Shown: piece after piece, positions 9,612 through 19,529 of the stretch
How positions within the stretch are numbered: the stretch's first letter is position 1
Layout of the letters: every line of letters starts with the position of its first letter
Assembly (NCBI GenBank): GCA_963662655.2
Contig: CAXXTU010000002.1
Coordinates: 3,104,001-3,168,000 of the forward strand
Source of the DNA: Candidatus Cloacimonadales bacterium
GTDB lineage: Bacteria > Cloacimonadota > Cloacimonadia > Cloacimonadales > JAIOQZ01
Length of the DNA: 64,000 bases
Reading direction: 5' to 3'
Notes under the pieces: model-generated
The model's input: the letters and a program-made list of their open reading frames with translations, nothing else
What the model was told of the DNA's origin: nothing
Databases searched by the model: none
Translations under genes and position numbers: made by a program

Positions 9612-10352
9612 ATGAATCAGGATAAACAAGTGAAAATAGCACTTATAACAGGGGCTGCAAGGGGAATAGGCGCAGCAATTGCAAAACAACTCAGTGCGGA
9701 CGGATACACGATTTGGGCAAATTATCGCAGCAATCACGAATCTGCAAACAAACTGAAGGAAGAGATCGAAGCCGGCGGAGGCGAATGCGTTCTCCTTCCG
9801 TTCGACGTAGCCGATGAAGAGCAGGTTAACGAAGTCCTCGGCAAGATGCTTGAAGAAGGCACGCCGGATGTACTCGTCAACAACGCTGGATTCAGTCGCG
9901 ACAGCCTGATTGTGTGGATGTCGAGCGAAGATTGGCAGGCCGTGACGGACGTGACGCTCCGGGGATTTTTCCTTGTAACCAAGCTCGTTCTTCTGGGCAT
10001 GATGAAGCGCCGGAAAGGCTCCATCGTTAACATCGCCTCGACGGGCGGCCAGAGCGGACTCGCAGGCCAGGCGAATTACTCGGCTGCGAAGGCGGGATTG
10101 ATTGGCGCTTCCCGCTCTCTTGCCAAGGAAGTTATCAAGCGCAACATTCGCGTCAACTGCGTGGCTCCCGGTTTCATCGAGACCGAAATGACCGCCGAGC
10201 TCCCGGTTGAAGAAATCAAGAAGACCATTCCGGCCGGCCGTTTTGGCAAAGTTGAAGAGGTTGCATCCGTCGTGAGCTTCCTGTGCTCGGATGCGGCGTC
10301 GTATATCGTGGGCGAAACCATCTCCGTCAACGGCGGAATCTTCACGCCGTAA
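9612..10352 (+). CDS. fabG: 3-oxoacyl-ACP reductase of the biosynthetic cluster
   Basis: TGAARGIG, NNAG, YSAAK, 'VNCVAPGFIETEM'. Confidence 0.93.
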   Translation: MNQDKQVKIALITGAARGIGAAIAKQLSADGYTIWANYRSNHESANKLKEEIEAGGGECVLLPFDVADEEQVNEVLGKMLEEGTPDVLVNNAGFSRDSLIVWMSSEDWQAVTDVTLRGFFLVTKLVLLGMMKRRKGSIVNIASTGGQSGLAGQANYSAAKAGLIGASRSLAKEVIKRNIRVNCVAPGFIETEMTAELPVEEIKKTIPAGRFGKVEEVASVVSFLCSDAASYIVGETISVNGGIFTP

Positions 10353-10367
10353 TCCAGAGGTTGAACC

Positions 10368-11582
10368 ATGTACGATGTAGCAATAACCGGAATTGGAATT
10401 GTATCCTGTATCGGAACGGGCGTCAAGAAAGTCACCGAGTCTCTCCGCAACGGGAGATCGGGAATCGGCATCGATCCACAGCGTAAAGAACTCGGATTCC
10501 GCAGTCCCCTCACCGGAATCATCAGCGATTTTGAACCACCAGACCTTTCTCGCAAAAAAAGAAAAACACTCAGCGACTTCGGTTTGCAATGCTACGCTGC
10601 CGCTCTCGAGGCAGTGGAGATGTCGGGCTGGGGCGAAGAAGATATCCAGACGGACCGCACCGGACTGATCATCGGCAACGATTCGTCATCCGTCGCCAAT
10701 ATCGAACCTTACGAAGTGGTGATGAAAGAACGCTCGACGTTCCCCGTCGGCGCAACGGTCATTTTCCAAGCGCTCACTTCGACCGTGACCATGAACTTGA
10801 ACACGCTTTTTGGAACGCGTGGCGCGTCCTGGACCATCTCGGGCGCATGCGCCAGCGGCGGACACGCGGTGGGACAGGCAGCCGATCTCATTGCGCTTGG
10901 CAGGCAGGATCGGATGATCTGCGGAGGCGTTCAGGAGATAAGCTGGCAATCGGTTTGCAGCTTCGATGCGACCAACGCCTTCTCGGTTCGCGAACACGAT
11001 CCGCTGACAGCATGCCGTCCATTCGACAAAAACCGCGATGGCCTGGTGCCCAGCGGCGGCGCGGCTGTTATCACGCTCGAGCGCGGTGATCTCGCCCGAA
11101 AACGCGGCGCGAACATCCTCGGATGGGTTCGCGGTTACGCGTTCTCCTCCGATGGCGAGAATCTGGCGGTCCCATCCGGCGAAGGCTTGCAGCGCTGCAT
11201 CCAGTCGTGCCTGGACAACGCCGGATACAATCCCGACAAGATAGACTATATCAATGCGCACGCCACCTCAACGCCAGTCGGCGATCACAAGGAGGCCTGG
11301 GCTATAAAAAACACCTTCAAAGCGGACGCCCCCTGGGTTTCTTCCACGAAATCCATGACCGGCCACGAGATGTGGATGTCCGGCGCGGCGCAGGTTGTTT
11401 ATACCACGCTGATGGCGCAAAACGGATTCATCGCGCCCAACCTCAACTACCGCAATCCGGATGAGGATATGCCCACGCTGAAGATCGCAACGGAAACCAT
11501 TTCACAGAAGATTAAATTGGCTCTTCTCAATTCCGCTGGCTTCGGAGGAACCAATTCCTGCCTGATTATCGAATGCGAATGA
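10368..11582 (+). CDS. Beta-ketoacyl-ACP synthase (KS1), flexirubin/aryl-polyene type
   Basis: 'SGACASG' (Cys), 'NAHATST', and 'TGHEMWMSGA', which resembles the GHECWMAGA motif of flexirubin-cluster KSs. Confidence 0.92.
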   Translation: MYDVAITGIGIVSCIGTGVKKVTESLRNGRSGIGIDPQRKELGFRSPLTGIISDFEPPDLSRKKRKTLSDFGLQCYAAALEAVEMSGWGEEDIQTDRTGLIIGNDSSSVANIEPYEVVMKERSTFPVGATVIFQALTSTVTMNLNTLFGTRGASWTISGACASGGHAVGQAADLIALGRQDRMICGGVQEISWQSVCSFDATNAFSVREHDPLTACRPFDKNRDGLVPSGGAAVITLERGDLARKRGANILGWVRGYAFSSDGENLAVPSGEGLQRCIQSCLDNAGYNPDKIDYINAHATSTPVGDHKEAWAIKNTFKADAPWVSSTKSMTGHEMWMSGAAQVVYTTLMAQNGFIAPNLNYRNPDEDMPTLKIATETISQKIKLALLNSAGFGGTNSCLIIECE

Positions 11583-13030
11583 AGAAGTACGACTGTATCG
11601 TAATCGGAGCTGGCGCCAGTGGTTGCACCGCGGCTCTGTTGCTCGCGAAATGCGGGAAAAAAGTAGCGCTTGTCGAATCGCACCACACGTTGATGCCCCT
11701 CTTGAAGCGTTTCAAGCGCCAGGGTTTCTGGTGCGATCCCGGATTCCACTATACGGGCGGTTTGCATGAAGATGGCAAGATGAACGTTTTCATGCGCTAT
11801 TTCGGTATGGACGACTTGATTAAGCCGGTTATGATGGATCCCGATGGTTTCGACGCGATCCGCTTCAAGGACCGGGAATACGCGATTCCCTGGGGAATGG
11901 ATCGCCTGCACGACTACCTTTGCAGCGAGTTCCCGAAATCGAAACCCGCGATCGAGAAATACCTCACCTATTTCCACGATCTCAACATGCACACCGCTTT
12001 TACGAATTACGACCTCCCATACGGCTCCTATCCGGAAGACCTGATCGAATCCAAGAGCCTTTACAGGTATCTCCGCGAGAACGGCGCCGAGAAGGAATTG
12101 ATCCAGCTCCTCGGAACGCACGGCTACATCGTTTACGGCGCGGATATGACGAGCGTGCCGACGTTCATGAACGCCTATATCATGTGGTCGTTCTATAACG
12201 GTACGGGGAACTTAGTCCACGGCGGCGATGCGCTTCATGACGCGTTCTCAAAGAGGTTGACGGAAGAAGGCGTCGATATCTTACTGAAATCGCCGGTTAC
12301 CGAAATCAACATCGATTCGAGCCGGAGGGTAAAGGGTGTCGAGATCGCCGGTGAGATGCGCCTCGAATGCGACCATTGCATCTCAACGGTACATCCTCAC
12401 AAACTTCTCGATATATTCCCCCAAAAGGGAATCAAACCCGCATTCCGCAAGCGGGTTCAGGCGATGGAAAATTCGCTCTCCTTCGCGACGATTTTCTACA
12501 AGTGCGAGAACATCCCCGAATCTCTGAAGCGCAGAAACCTTTACGAATATCTTCCCGAGCGCAGAGGCAGTTTGGAAGGTATTCACGCAATCATGAAAAC
12601 ATCTCCAGAAGAAAGAAATGCGCTTACAGTAATCTTACCTGTTGCGGAAAAAGAAATTGATGATTTATTCGCTATTGACAGAAATATCGATATGGAGAAA
12701 TATCAAACGATGAAACAGAGTTTCGCCGAGCGAGCGGATCGGGCGTTGTTTGGCCGGTTCCCCGAGCTTCGCGGACATGCGGAGATTATTGATGTCTCAA
12801 CACCTGTCACATATAATCGATACACGGGAACTCCGCGTGGAACCGCATACGGATTGAAGCAGACCAACCAGTATTTTGCTTTGTCTTCTCGTGCCCCGGT
12901 TCAGGGATTGTACCTCGCGGGGCAGAGCTTGAATCCGGGTGTGCTTGGAGCGATTGTGACCAGCTTCATCGCTACAGGTTTCATCGTCGATCCCGAAACG
13001 ATCTGGAAGGAAATAAGAAAATGTCGATGA
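11579..13030 (+). CDS. FAD-dependent oxidoreductase, phytoene-desaturase/retinol-saturase-like
   Basis: 'VIGAGASG' dinucleotide fold, 'DPGFHY.GG', 'STPVTY.RYT....G.AYG', 'GLYLAGQS..PGVLG'. Confidence 0.88.
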   Translation: MKKYDCIVIGAGASGCTAALLLAKCGKKVALVESHHTLMPLLKRFKRQGFWCDPGFHYTGGLHEDGKMNVFMRYFGMDDLIKPVMMDPDGFDAIRFKDREYAIPWGMDRLHDYLCSEFPKSKPAIEKYLTYFHDLNMHTAFTNYDLPYGSYPEDLIESKSLYRYLRENGAEKELIQLLGTHGYIVYGADMTSVPTFMNAYIMWSFYNGTGNLVHGGDALHDAFSKRLTEEGVDILLKSPVTEINIDSSRRVKGVEIAGEMRLECDHCISTVHPHKLLDIFPQKGIKPAFRKRVQAMENSLSFATIFYKCENIPESLKRRNLYEYLPERRGSLEGIHAIMKTSPEERNALTVILPVAEKEIDDLFAIDRNIDMEKYQTMKQSFAERADRALFGRFPELRGHAEIIDVSTPVTYNRYTGTPRGTAYGLKQTNQYFALSSRAPVQGLYLAGQSLNPGVLGAIVTSFIATGFIVDPETIWKEIRKCR

Positions 13031-14265
13031 ATCGAGTTGTAATAACCGGTGTCGGAGCGGTATCCCCCTTCGGCCTTGGCGCAGATAAAATGTATGAGAA
13101 CCTTTGCAAGGACAACAATGCCGTTGTCAACCTGCGTTCGATATGGGAGAAACATGTTTCCGATCTCGAGTGCTGGGTCGGCGCCCCTGTGGCGGAACCG
13201 CTCAACGAGAAGGAAATCCCCCGTAAATATCGTAAGCTCATGGGTCGCACGGCGTTCCTGGCTTTTTTCGCAGTTAGGGAAGCGCTGGAAAACGCACGAG
13301 TTCCCGAAGAACTTCTTTCATCGGGCAACGTTGGCGTGAGCTACGGATCGTCCACGGGCAGTATCGACAGCATGACCGACTTCTTCATGGAAATATTCCG
13401 GACGAACGAGTGCCATCAATTGTCCTCGGGTATCTTCTTTCAGGTGATGAGCCATACTGCTGCAGCGAATATCGCGCATATCTTTGGCGTGACGGGACGG
13501 GTCGTCTCTCCCAACGCGGCGTGTGCCTCCGCATTGCAATCGATCGGCGTCGGCTACGAGTACGTGAAATACGGGATGATCGACATGATGATCTGTGGCG
13601 GCGTTGAAGAACTTCACGCCTATACGAGCACCTCGTTCGACATCGTGCAGGGAACTTCCACCAAATTCAACGAAAGGCCGCAGCAGACACCGCGACCATT
13701 CGACAGGGACAGGGACGGAACCGTTTGCGGAGAAGGCGCGGGTTGCCTGATCATCGAGAGCGAGGCCTCCGCGAAGAGACGCGGTGCGAAAATCCTTGCC
13801 GAGATAATCGGATTCGATACTTCTGCAAGCGGTGAACACATGTCGCATTCGCACGCCGAATCAATCGCGCGTTGCATGAGAAGCGCACTCAGGAATGCCA
13901 ATGTCAAGCCGTCCGATGTCGATTACATCAACGCCCATGCAACGGCAACCGTATTGGGGGACATGCACGAGGCGGAAGCGATCGCGGAGATATTCGGAGA
14001 GCACAAGATTCCCGTCAGCAGCATGAAAGGCCATATCGGCCACACACTCGGGGCAAGCGGAGCGCTGGAGCTGGTTGCGTCCACCTACATGATGCGCGAC
14101 GAGCAGATTATTCCTACGAGGAATCTGGAAAATCCGGATGAAGCAGCGCAGGCACTGAACCTTGTTTCCGATCTCAAGCCGACGAAGCTGGACGTGATCA
14201 TGAAGAACAGTTTCGCATTCGGAGGCATCAATACAGCATTATTAATAAGGAGATATAAATCATGA
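13027..14265 (+). CDS. Beta-ketoacyl-ACP synthase (KS2)
   Basis: 'NAACASA', 'NAHATAT', 'GHTLGASG', 'NSFAFGG'. Confidence 0.93.
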   Translation: MNRVVITGVGAVSPFGLGADKMYENLCKDNNAVVNLRSIWEKHVSDLECWVGAPVAEPLNEKEIPRKYRKLMGRTAFLAFFAVREALENARVPEELLSSGNVGVSYGSSTGSIDSMTDFFMEIFRTNECHQLSSGIFFQVMSHTAAANIAHIFGVTGRVVSPNAACASALQSIGVGYEYVKYGMIDMMICGGVEELHAYTSTSFDIVQGTSTKFNERPQQTPRPFDRDRDGTVCGEGAGCLIIESEASAKRRGAKILAEIIGFDTSASGEHMSHSHAESIARCMRSALRNANVKPSDVDYINAHATATVLGDMHEAEAIAEIFGEHKIPVSSMKGHIGHTLGASGALELVASTYMMRDEQIIPTRNLENPDEAAQALNLVSDLKPTKLDVIMKNSFAFGGINTALLIRRYKS

Positions 14266-14516
14266 GTGATGAGCAAATCTTGAAAGGAATCACCAGGATT
14301 CTGGTGGACGAATTCGAAATTGAAGAAGATATAATCAACCCCGAAGCGACGCTTTACGACGAGCTTGAACTGGATAGCCTCGATGGCGTCGATCTTATCG
14401 TGATGCTGGAAAACGAATTTAACTTCAAAGTTGATCGCAAGCAGGATGAGGGTACCATCCGTCAAATGAGAACGATTCAGCACATCATCGAGTTCATCAA
14501 ACAGAAAATTGCCTGA
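14262..14516 (+). CDS. Acyl carrier protein
   Basis: Acidic 84 aa; 'LELDSLD' phosphopantetheine Ser motif. Confidence 0.93.
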   Translation: MSDEQILKGITRILVDEFEIEEDIINPEATLYDELELDSLDGVDLIVMLENEFNFKVDRKQDEGTIRQMRTIQHIIEFIKQKIA

Positions 14517-14536
14517 TCCGTTTCTCAGAGCCAATC

Positions 14537-15268
14537 ATGCATCTATTGCAGAACTTGTACTACCTTATCGTGATCTCGGCCGTGACAATCGTCTTCGAGA
14601 TATCTTATCATCTTGTCGCGAAGCCTCTTCTGTACCTCCGGGGATATAAGCGGGACGATATCTATCGCATCAAGAACGCCGTTTACGGAAAAGTGTGTGT
14701 AAGGGCTTCTTGGCCGGTGCTAAAGGTGAAGATGAAAGGCCGGAAGAATGTCCCCAAGGGGCAGCCCTGCGTATTTGTATACAACCACCGGAGCAATGTC
14801 GATATCTTTTTCGCTTCGATGGTTCCGCGCAGCAACCTGATGGTGTTCGTGCGATCCTGGCCGTTCCGGCTCCGGTTGTTCGGATGGTCCATGCAACGGG
14901 CGAACTACATCAACAGCGAGACAACCGCTCACGACGAACTGGTTCGGAAAGGGTTGGATCTCGTGGACCGAAAGGTCTCGTTCGTCGTGTTTCCCGAGGG
15001 GCATCGCTCGCGCGACGGTAAGCTCCGGAGATTCTACTCGGGTGCTTTCTATCTCTCGATACACACCGGTATTCCGATTGTTCCCGTGGTCATGACGGGG
15101 ATCGAGAAATTCTTCTCGACGAAGTTCCCCTTCATCAACACTGCCAATGTTGAGATTGAATTGCTGGAACCGGTTTATCCGCAAGATTTCACGGAAGGAC
15201 AGCCCTGGCTGAGAATGCGCAAGCACGTCGAAGGCATCTACCGCAAACATCTGGGAGAGGAGCTTTAA
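14537..15268 (+). CDS. PlsC-type lysophospholipid acyltransferase
   Basis: 'NHRSNVD' (HxxxxD), 'FPEGHRSRDG', 'IPIVPV'. Confidence 0.9.
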   Translation: MHLLQNLYYLIVISAVTIVFEISYHLVAKPLLYLRGYKRDDIYRIKNAVYGKVCVRASWPVLKVKMKGRKNVPKGQPCVFVYNHRSNVDIFFASMVPRSNLMVFVRSWPFRLRLFGWSMQRANYINSETTAHDELVRKGLDLVDRKVSFVVFPEGHRSRDGKLRRFYSGAFYLSIHTGIPIVPVVMTGIEKFFSTKFPFINTANVEIELLEPVYPQDFTEGQPWLRMRKHVEGIYRKHLGEEL

Positions 15269-15270
15269 CG

Positions 15271-16584
15271 ATGGTACGGGATTTTTCTGCAGCAAGATTC
15301 GGAGACGTACAGCACCTGAGCCGAGAAAAGATAGACGATCTCTCTCTGGAACTCCTGAAACAGCACATCGCGTACGCGTATGAGAACAGCCCATTCTACA
15401 AGCGATTTTTCGATGAAAACGGAATGACTCCGGCCGACATCAGAACCATCGAGGATGTTTCCCGCATCCCGACGACGATGAAACATCATCTCGCGGAGAA
15501 CAACATGGATTTTCTCGCTGTTCCGCGGGATCGAATCACCGATGTCTGCATGACATCCGCGACCGTTGGCAACAACCCGACGATGGTGCTTCAGACGGCT
15601 GATGATCTCACGCGACTTGCGCTCAACGAAGAGGTCGCATTCGGCATCAGTGGGATATCCGGCAGCGACATCATCGCGATCGGGGCGGCGATCGATCGCT
15701 GCTTCATGGCGGGGCTCGCCTACTTTCTGGGCGCGCAGCGCATGAAAGCGACCGCAGTTAGGATCGGAGCGGGAAGCGCGGCGCAACACTGGGAGCTCAT
15801 CAAGACAACCGGTGCGACAACGATCGTCGGCGTGCCGTCCTTCATGCTGAAGATCGCGCAGTACGCGCTGGATAACGGCGATGATCCGGCCCAAAGCGGC
15901 ATCAGGAGACTCCTCGCCATCGGTGAGCCCACGCGCGATGCCGGACTCGAGCTTCTTCCTCTGGGCAAAATCCTCGAGGATATCTGGCAGGCTCCATTGC
16001 TTTCCACGTACGCGTCCACCGAAATGGCTACCTCCTTCAACGAATGCGAGATGCAAGCCGGCGGACACCTGCGTCCCGAACTGGCCTACGTAGAAATCCT
16101 GGACGACCAGGGCAATCCCGTTCCACCCGGACAAACCGGTGAAGTCACCGTGACCCCGCTGGGTGTAACCGGAATGCCGCTGATTCGCTTCCGAACGGGC
16201 GACATCGCTTACAAAATCGACGAACCGTGCGCATGCGGGAGAACCACGCCGCGCATATCGCCGGTTCTGGGCAGAAAAAACCAGATGCTCAAGTACAAGG
16301 GCACGCTCCTTTTCCCGAACGCGATTCTCGCTGCGGTCGAGGGACGGGACGGCTTTCTGGGGGGATACGTGATGGCGAATCGCGATTCCCACGGTAACGA
16401 TCTGGTTACCTTCTGCGTCGCGCTCGATCAAGACCGATTGCCGCTGCAAGCGCTCAAAGAAAGGCTTCAGGCCAAGGTGAGGGTCATTCCGCAGATCGAG
16501 ATCATGAGCGAGGACGCCGTTCGCGAGAAAGTCAACCAGACCGGGAAGCGGAAGCGGGTAATTTTCCATGATTATAGGAGCTGA
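15271..16584 (+). CDS. Phenylacetate-CoA-ligase (PaaK)-like aryl-CoA/ACP ligase
   Basis: 'AYENSPFY', 'STYASTE', 'GMPLIRFRTGD', 'CACGRT', 'GRKNQMLKYKG'. Confidence 0.88.
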   Translation: MVRDFSAARFGDVQHLSREKIDDLSLELLKQHIAYAYENSPFYKRFFDENGMTPADIRTIEDVSRIPTTMKHHLAENNMDFLAVPRDRITDVCMTSATVGNNPTMVLQTADDLTRLALNEEVAFGISGISGSDIIAIGAAIDRCFMAGLAYFLGAQRMKATAVRIGAGSAAQHWELIKTTGATTIVGVPSFMLKIAQYALDNGDDPAQSGIRRLLAIGEPTRDAGLELLPLGKILEDIWQAPLLSTYASTEMATSFNECEMQAGGHLRPELAYVEILDDQGNPVPPGQTGEVTVTPLGVTGMPLIRFRTGDIAYKIDEPCACGRTTPRISPVLGRKNQMLKYKGTLLFPNAILAAVEGRDGFLGGYVMANRDSHGNDLVTFCVALDQDRLPLQALKERLQAKVRVIPQIEIMSEDAVREKVNQTGKRKRVIFHDYRS

Positions 16585-16585
16585 C

Positions 16586-18181
16586 ATGAAAGATACGATC
16601 ATTTTAACAGGCTACGACCTGACCATAGATGAAATCGTCGCCATCGGGAATGGCGAGAAGCTGGTGGGCATGGAGCCTCGAGCGCTGGAGCGATGTAGAG
16701 CGTCGCGGAAGTTCCTGGAAGAAGAGATTTCCAAGCAGCGCGTCATATACGGCGTCAACACGTCCTTCGGACCCATGTGCAACAAGATTATCGACCACAA
16801 CCACATCGAGACCCTGCAAACCAACCTGATCCGCAGTCACGCCGCTGGTTTGGGCGATCCCCTCAAGCCGGAAATCGCACGGGCGGTCTTCGCGGTGCGA
16901 CTCAACACGCTGGTCAAGGGATACGCGGGCGTCCGGATCGAGCTTCTCGAACTTCTCCAGAACATGATCAACGCCGGCATCGCTCCCTGGATTCCCGAGT
17001 GCGGAAGCGTGGGCGCATCGGGCGACCTGGTCCACCTGGCGCACATGGCGCTGGCGATCATCGGGGAAGGAAACGTGTGGTTCAAGGGCGAAGCGATACC
17101 TGCGGCAGAAGCGCTCGAAGCCTGCGGCCTCCAATCGCTGAACCTCAGCTACAAGGAAGGGCTTGCACTTATCAACGGCACCGCAGCCATGACGGCCATT
17201 GCCGCCTACGCGGTTCACGGAGCGAAAAAAGCGCTGGAAATCGCCTGCGTGAACGCCGCCTACGCGGTGGAGATTTTCGGAGGCATCGACGACGCCTTCG
17301 AACGCCATCTGCACGCAGTCAAGCCGCATCCGGGTCAGGTATGGATCGCGGATCGCGTTCGCGGACTCTACGAAGGCTCGCGCAACATCACCTTGCGTGA
17401 AAACATGCACGAGATTATCCGCAGCAAGCAAAAGGGCGACGAGCAGGTCTTCGAGACAGACATCAACGTCCAGGACGTCTATTCCATCCGCTGCACTCCA
17501 CAAGTTCTTGCACCGGTGAAGGAAGCGCTCGATTTCGCGCACGACACGGTTGTTCGCGAGGCCAATTCGTCCAACGACAACCCCATCATCATCCCCGAGA
17601 AGCGGAAGATCATTCACGGCGGCAACTTCCACGGCCAGAGCATCAGCTTCGCCATGGACATGCTGGCCATCGCGCTTTCCACCATGTGCAACCTCTCGGA
17701 GCGTCGCCTGAACAAGCTCCTGGATCGTAACCTCAACGAAGGGCTTCCCGAGCACCTGATCCCGGGAACCGTGGGACTCACCATGGGATTCATGGGCGCG
17801 CAATACCTATCCACATCTACCACGGCCGAAAACCGTCAGATGGCGGCCCCAATGAGCACGAACACCATCTCTTGCAACGCTTCCAACCAGGATGTCGTCA
17901 GCATGGGAACCGTCTCCGCAAGGCGCACGTACCGGATGCTCAACAACACTTCCTATATCCTTACCATGGAAACGCTCGCGGACATGCAGGCGCTTTCCTT
18001 CCGCAATGCCGACAAGATGGGAAAACAGACCGGAAAGATATACCAGGCGTTGAATTCGCAATTCAAGGTTTATGACAACACACGTATCTTCCACGACGAT
18101 CTCGCAGCTTTCAGAGAGCTGATTTTCAACGACAAAGATTTATTCGACATCATTTCCCGGGAGGAAACGAAAGAATCATGA
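16586..18181 (+). CDS. MIO-dependent aromatic amino acid ammonia-lyase, probably Tyr/Phe (flexirubin-type)
   Basis: 'GSVGASGDL' (MIO ASG). 'IYGVNTSFGPM..LQTNLIRSHAAG' resembles the Flavobacterium TAL N-terminus. Also 'QDVYSIRC' and 'GGNFHG'. Confidence 0.9.
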   Translation: MKDTIILTGYDLTIDEIVAIGNGEKLVGMEPRALERCRASRKFLEEEISKQRVIYGVNTSFGPMCNKIIDHNHIETLQTNLIRSHAAGLGDPLKPEIARAVFAVRLNTLVKGYAGVRIELLELLQNMINAGIAPWIPECGSVGASGDLVHLAHMALAIIGEGNVWFKGEAIPAAEALEACGLQSLNLSYKEGLALINGTAAMTAIAAYAVHGAKKALEIACVNAAYAVEIFGGIDDAFERHLHAVKPHPGQVWIADRVRGLYEGSRNITLRENMHEIIRSKQKGDEQVFETDINVQDVYSIRCTPQVLAPVKEALDFAHDTVVREANSSNDNPIIIPEKRKIIHGGNFHGQSISFAMDMLAIALSTMCNLSERRLNKLLDRNLNEGLPEHLIPGTVGLTMGFMGAQYLSTSTTAENRQMAAPMSTNTISCNASNQDVVSMGTVSARRTYRMLNNTSYILTMETLADMQALSFRNADKMGKQTGKIYQALNSQFKVYDNTRIFHDDLAAFRELIFNDKDLFDIISREETKES

Positions 18182-19053
18182 TACCGATGGAGCTTCCCCT
18201 AAAAGCAGAACAGCTAATCCCCCAGCGTGGTAAAATGAAGCTGATCGATCAGCTTGTGTGGGTTTCAGCAGAAGAAGCTTGCGCCGAGACGGACATGTCC
18301 GGCAAGAAGATGTTCCTGACACCGTCCAGGCACGTATTGCCATCGGCGATTATCGAGCTGGCAGCGCAGTCGACCGCGTGTTTCTCCGGCTATATCCGCC
18401 TGCTGGAGGACGAAGGCAGCGCGAGGTCCGGCTATCTCGTGGGCTTGCAGGATTTTGTATTCGATGAGTTGCCCTGTTGCGCAGAGAAACTCTCGTTCAA
18501 GCTCAAACAGGAGAGCTCGATCGGTTTCTACAGCCTGACAAGCGTTATCGTGTTCTCGAACGATACGCAAATCGCCACCGGCCTGCTCAAGACATGGGAA
18601 GAGGATGGCCAGCCGCAGATTCCCGAGATCGATACCCCCACGTTGGCATCAGGATCGCCAGTATCTGTTCACGGCAATTTCGCTCCCATCGAGAAGGATA
18701 TTCTTCGTAACGTTCAATCCGTGGAGAAATTGGAGCACAGTATCAAGGCGAATCTTTGCTATCGCCCCGATTTCAAGGGATTCGATGGCCATTTCGAGGC
18801 ATATCCCGTGCTTCCGGGAATTCTGATACTTCAGACGGTCGAGACGCTTTGCGAAAGCTTGCTGAAACGTCCGTACCGGATCATGCAGGTGTCGAGCGCG
18901 AAGTTCGCACATCTCTCTTTCCCGGGGGAGATGCTTGAATACGATATCAAACTTACCGAAATAGAAGATGATCGCTTGCGCGCCGTTGTGCGGGTAAGCG
19001 GCGGAACAGAATTAAAGGCCAGATTCACACTTGATCTGGCAGAAACGAGTTAG
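18178..19053 (+). CDS. Double hot-dog FabA/FabZ-like 3-hydroxyacyl-ACP dehydratase
   Basis: First domain 'LIPQRGKMKLID...IELAAQ...GYLVG'; second domain 'FDGHFEAYPVLPGILIL'. Confidence 0.85.
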   Translation: MIPMELPLKAEQLIPQRGKMKLIDQLVWVSAEEACAETDMSGKKMFLTPSRHVLPSAIIELAAQSTACFSGYIRLLEDEGSARSGYLVGLQDFVFDELPCCAEKLSFKLKQESSIGFYSLTSVIVFSNDTQIATGLLKTWEEDGQPQIPEIDTPTLASGSPVSVHGNFAPIEKDILRNVQSVEKLEHSIKANLCYRPDFKGFDGHFEAYPVLPGILILQTVETLCESLLKRPYRIMQVSSAKFAHLSFPGEMLEYDIKLTEIEDDRLRAVVRVSGGTELKARFTLDLAETS

Positions 19054-19055
19054 AG

Positions 19056-19529
19056 ATGAGTCGCAGAAGCAAGAAGCAATATTTTGTCGAGGAACCGGGC
19101 GCACCGGCGCCGCTTGTGGCCGAGTGCACGCGCGTGGTTCGCTTTGAAGAAGTCGATCCGCTTACCATCGTGTGGCACGGGCGTTACCCCAGCTTTCTGG
19201 AAGATGGCCGGGCCGCTTTCGGGCGCAAGTTCGATATGGGATATCTGGATATGTATCACGCCGGCTTTCTGGCGCCCATCGTCCAGATGCACATCGACAA
19301 CCACAACCCGCTCCAGTTCGGCGAGGAATTCCTCATTCGCGCCAGACTCCACTGGTCGCAGGCCGTGCGCATGAATTTCAGCTACGAGATTCTGAAGGAT
19401 GGCGACATCCCCGTAGCAACCGGATACACGGTGCAGCTTTTCACCGATTTCCAGCGCAATATCATGCTGGTCCGGCCCGACTACATCGAGGATTTCATGA
19501 AGCAATGGCAGGAAGGAAAGCTGCAATGA
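19056..19529 (+). CDS. 4HBT-like acyl-CoA/ACP thioesterase
   Basis: 'VRFEEVDPLTIVWHGRY.SFLEDGR'. Confidence 0.9.
   Translation: MSRRSKKQYFVEEPGAPAPLVAECTRVVRFEEVDPLTIVWHGRYPSFLEDGRAAFGRKFDMGYLDMYHAGFLAPIVQMHIDNHNPLQFGEEFLIRARLHWSQAVRMNFSYEILKDGDIPVATGYTVQLFTDFQRNIMLVRPDYIEDFMKQWQEGKLQ

Noticed and set aside
16586..18181. Histidine utilisation gene hutH
   Set aside because: Embedded in a biosynthetic operon with no other hut genes, so no gene symbol was assigned.
19172..19525. 118-aa N-terminal extension of the KS-CLF ORF
   Set aside because: It overlaps the thioesterase in another frame; KS similarity begins at the ATG at 19526.
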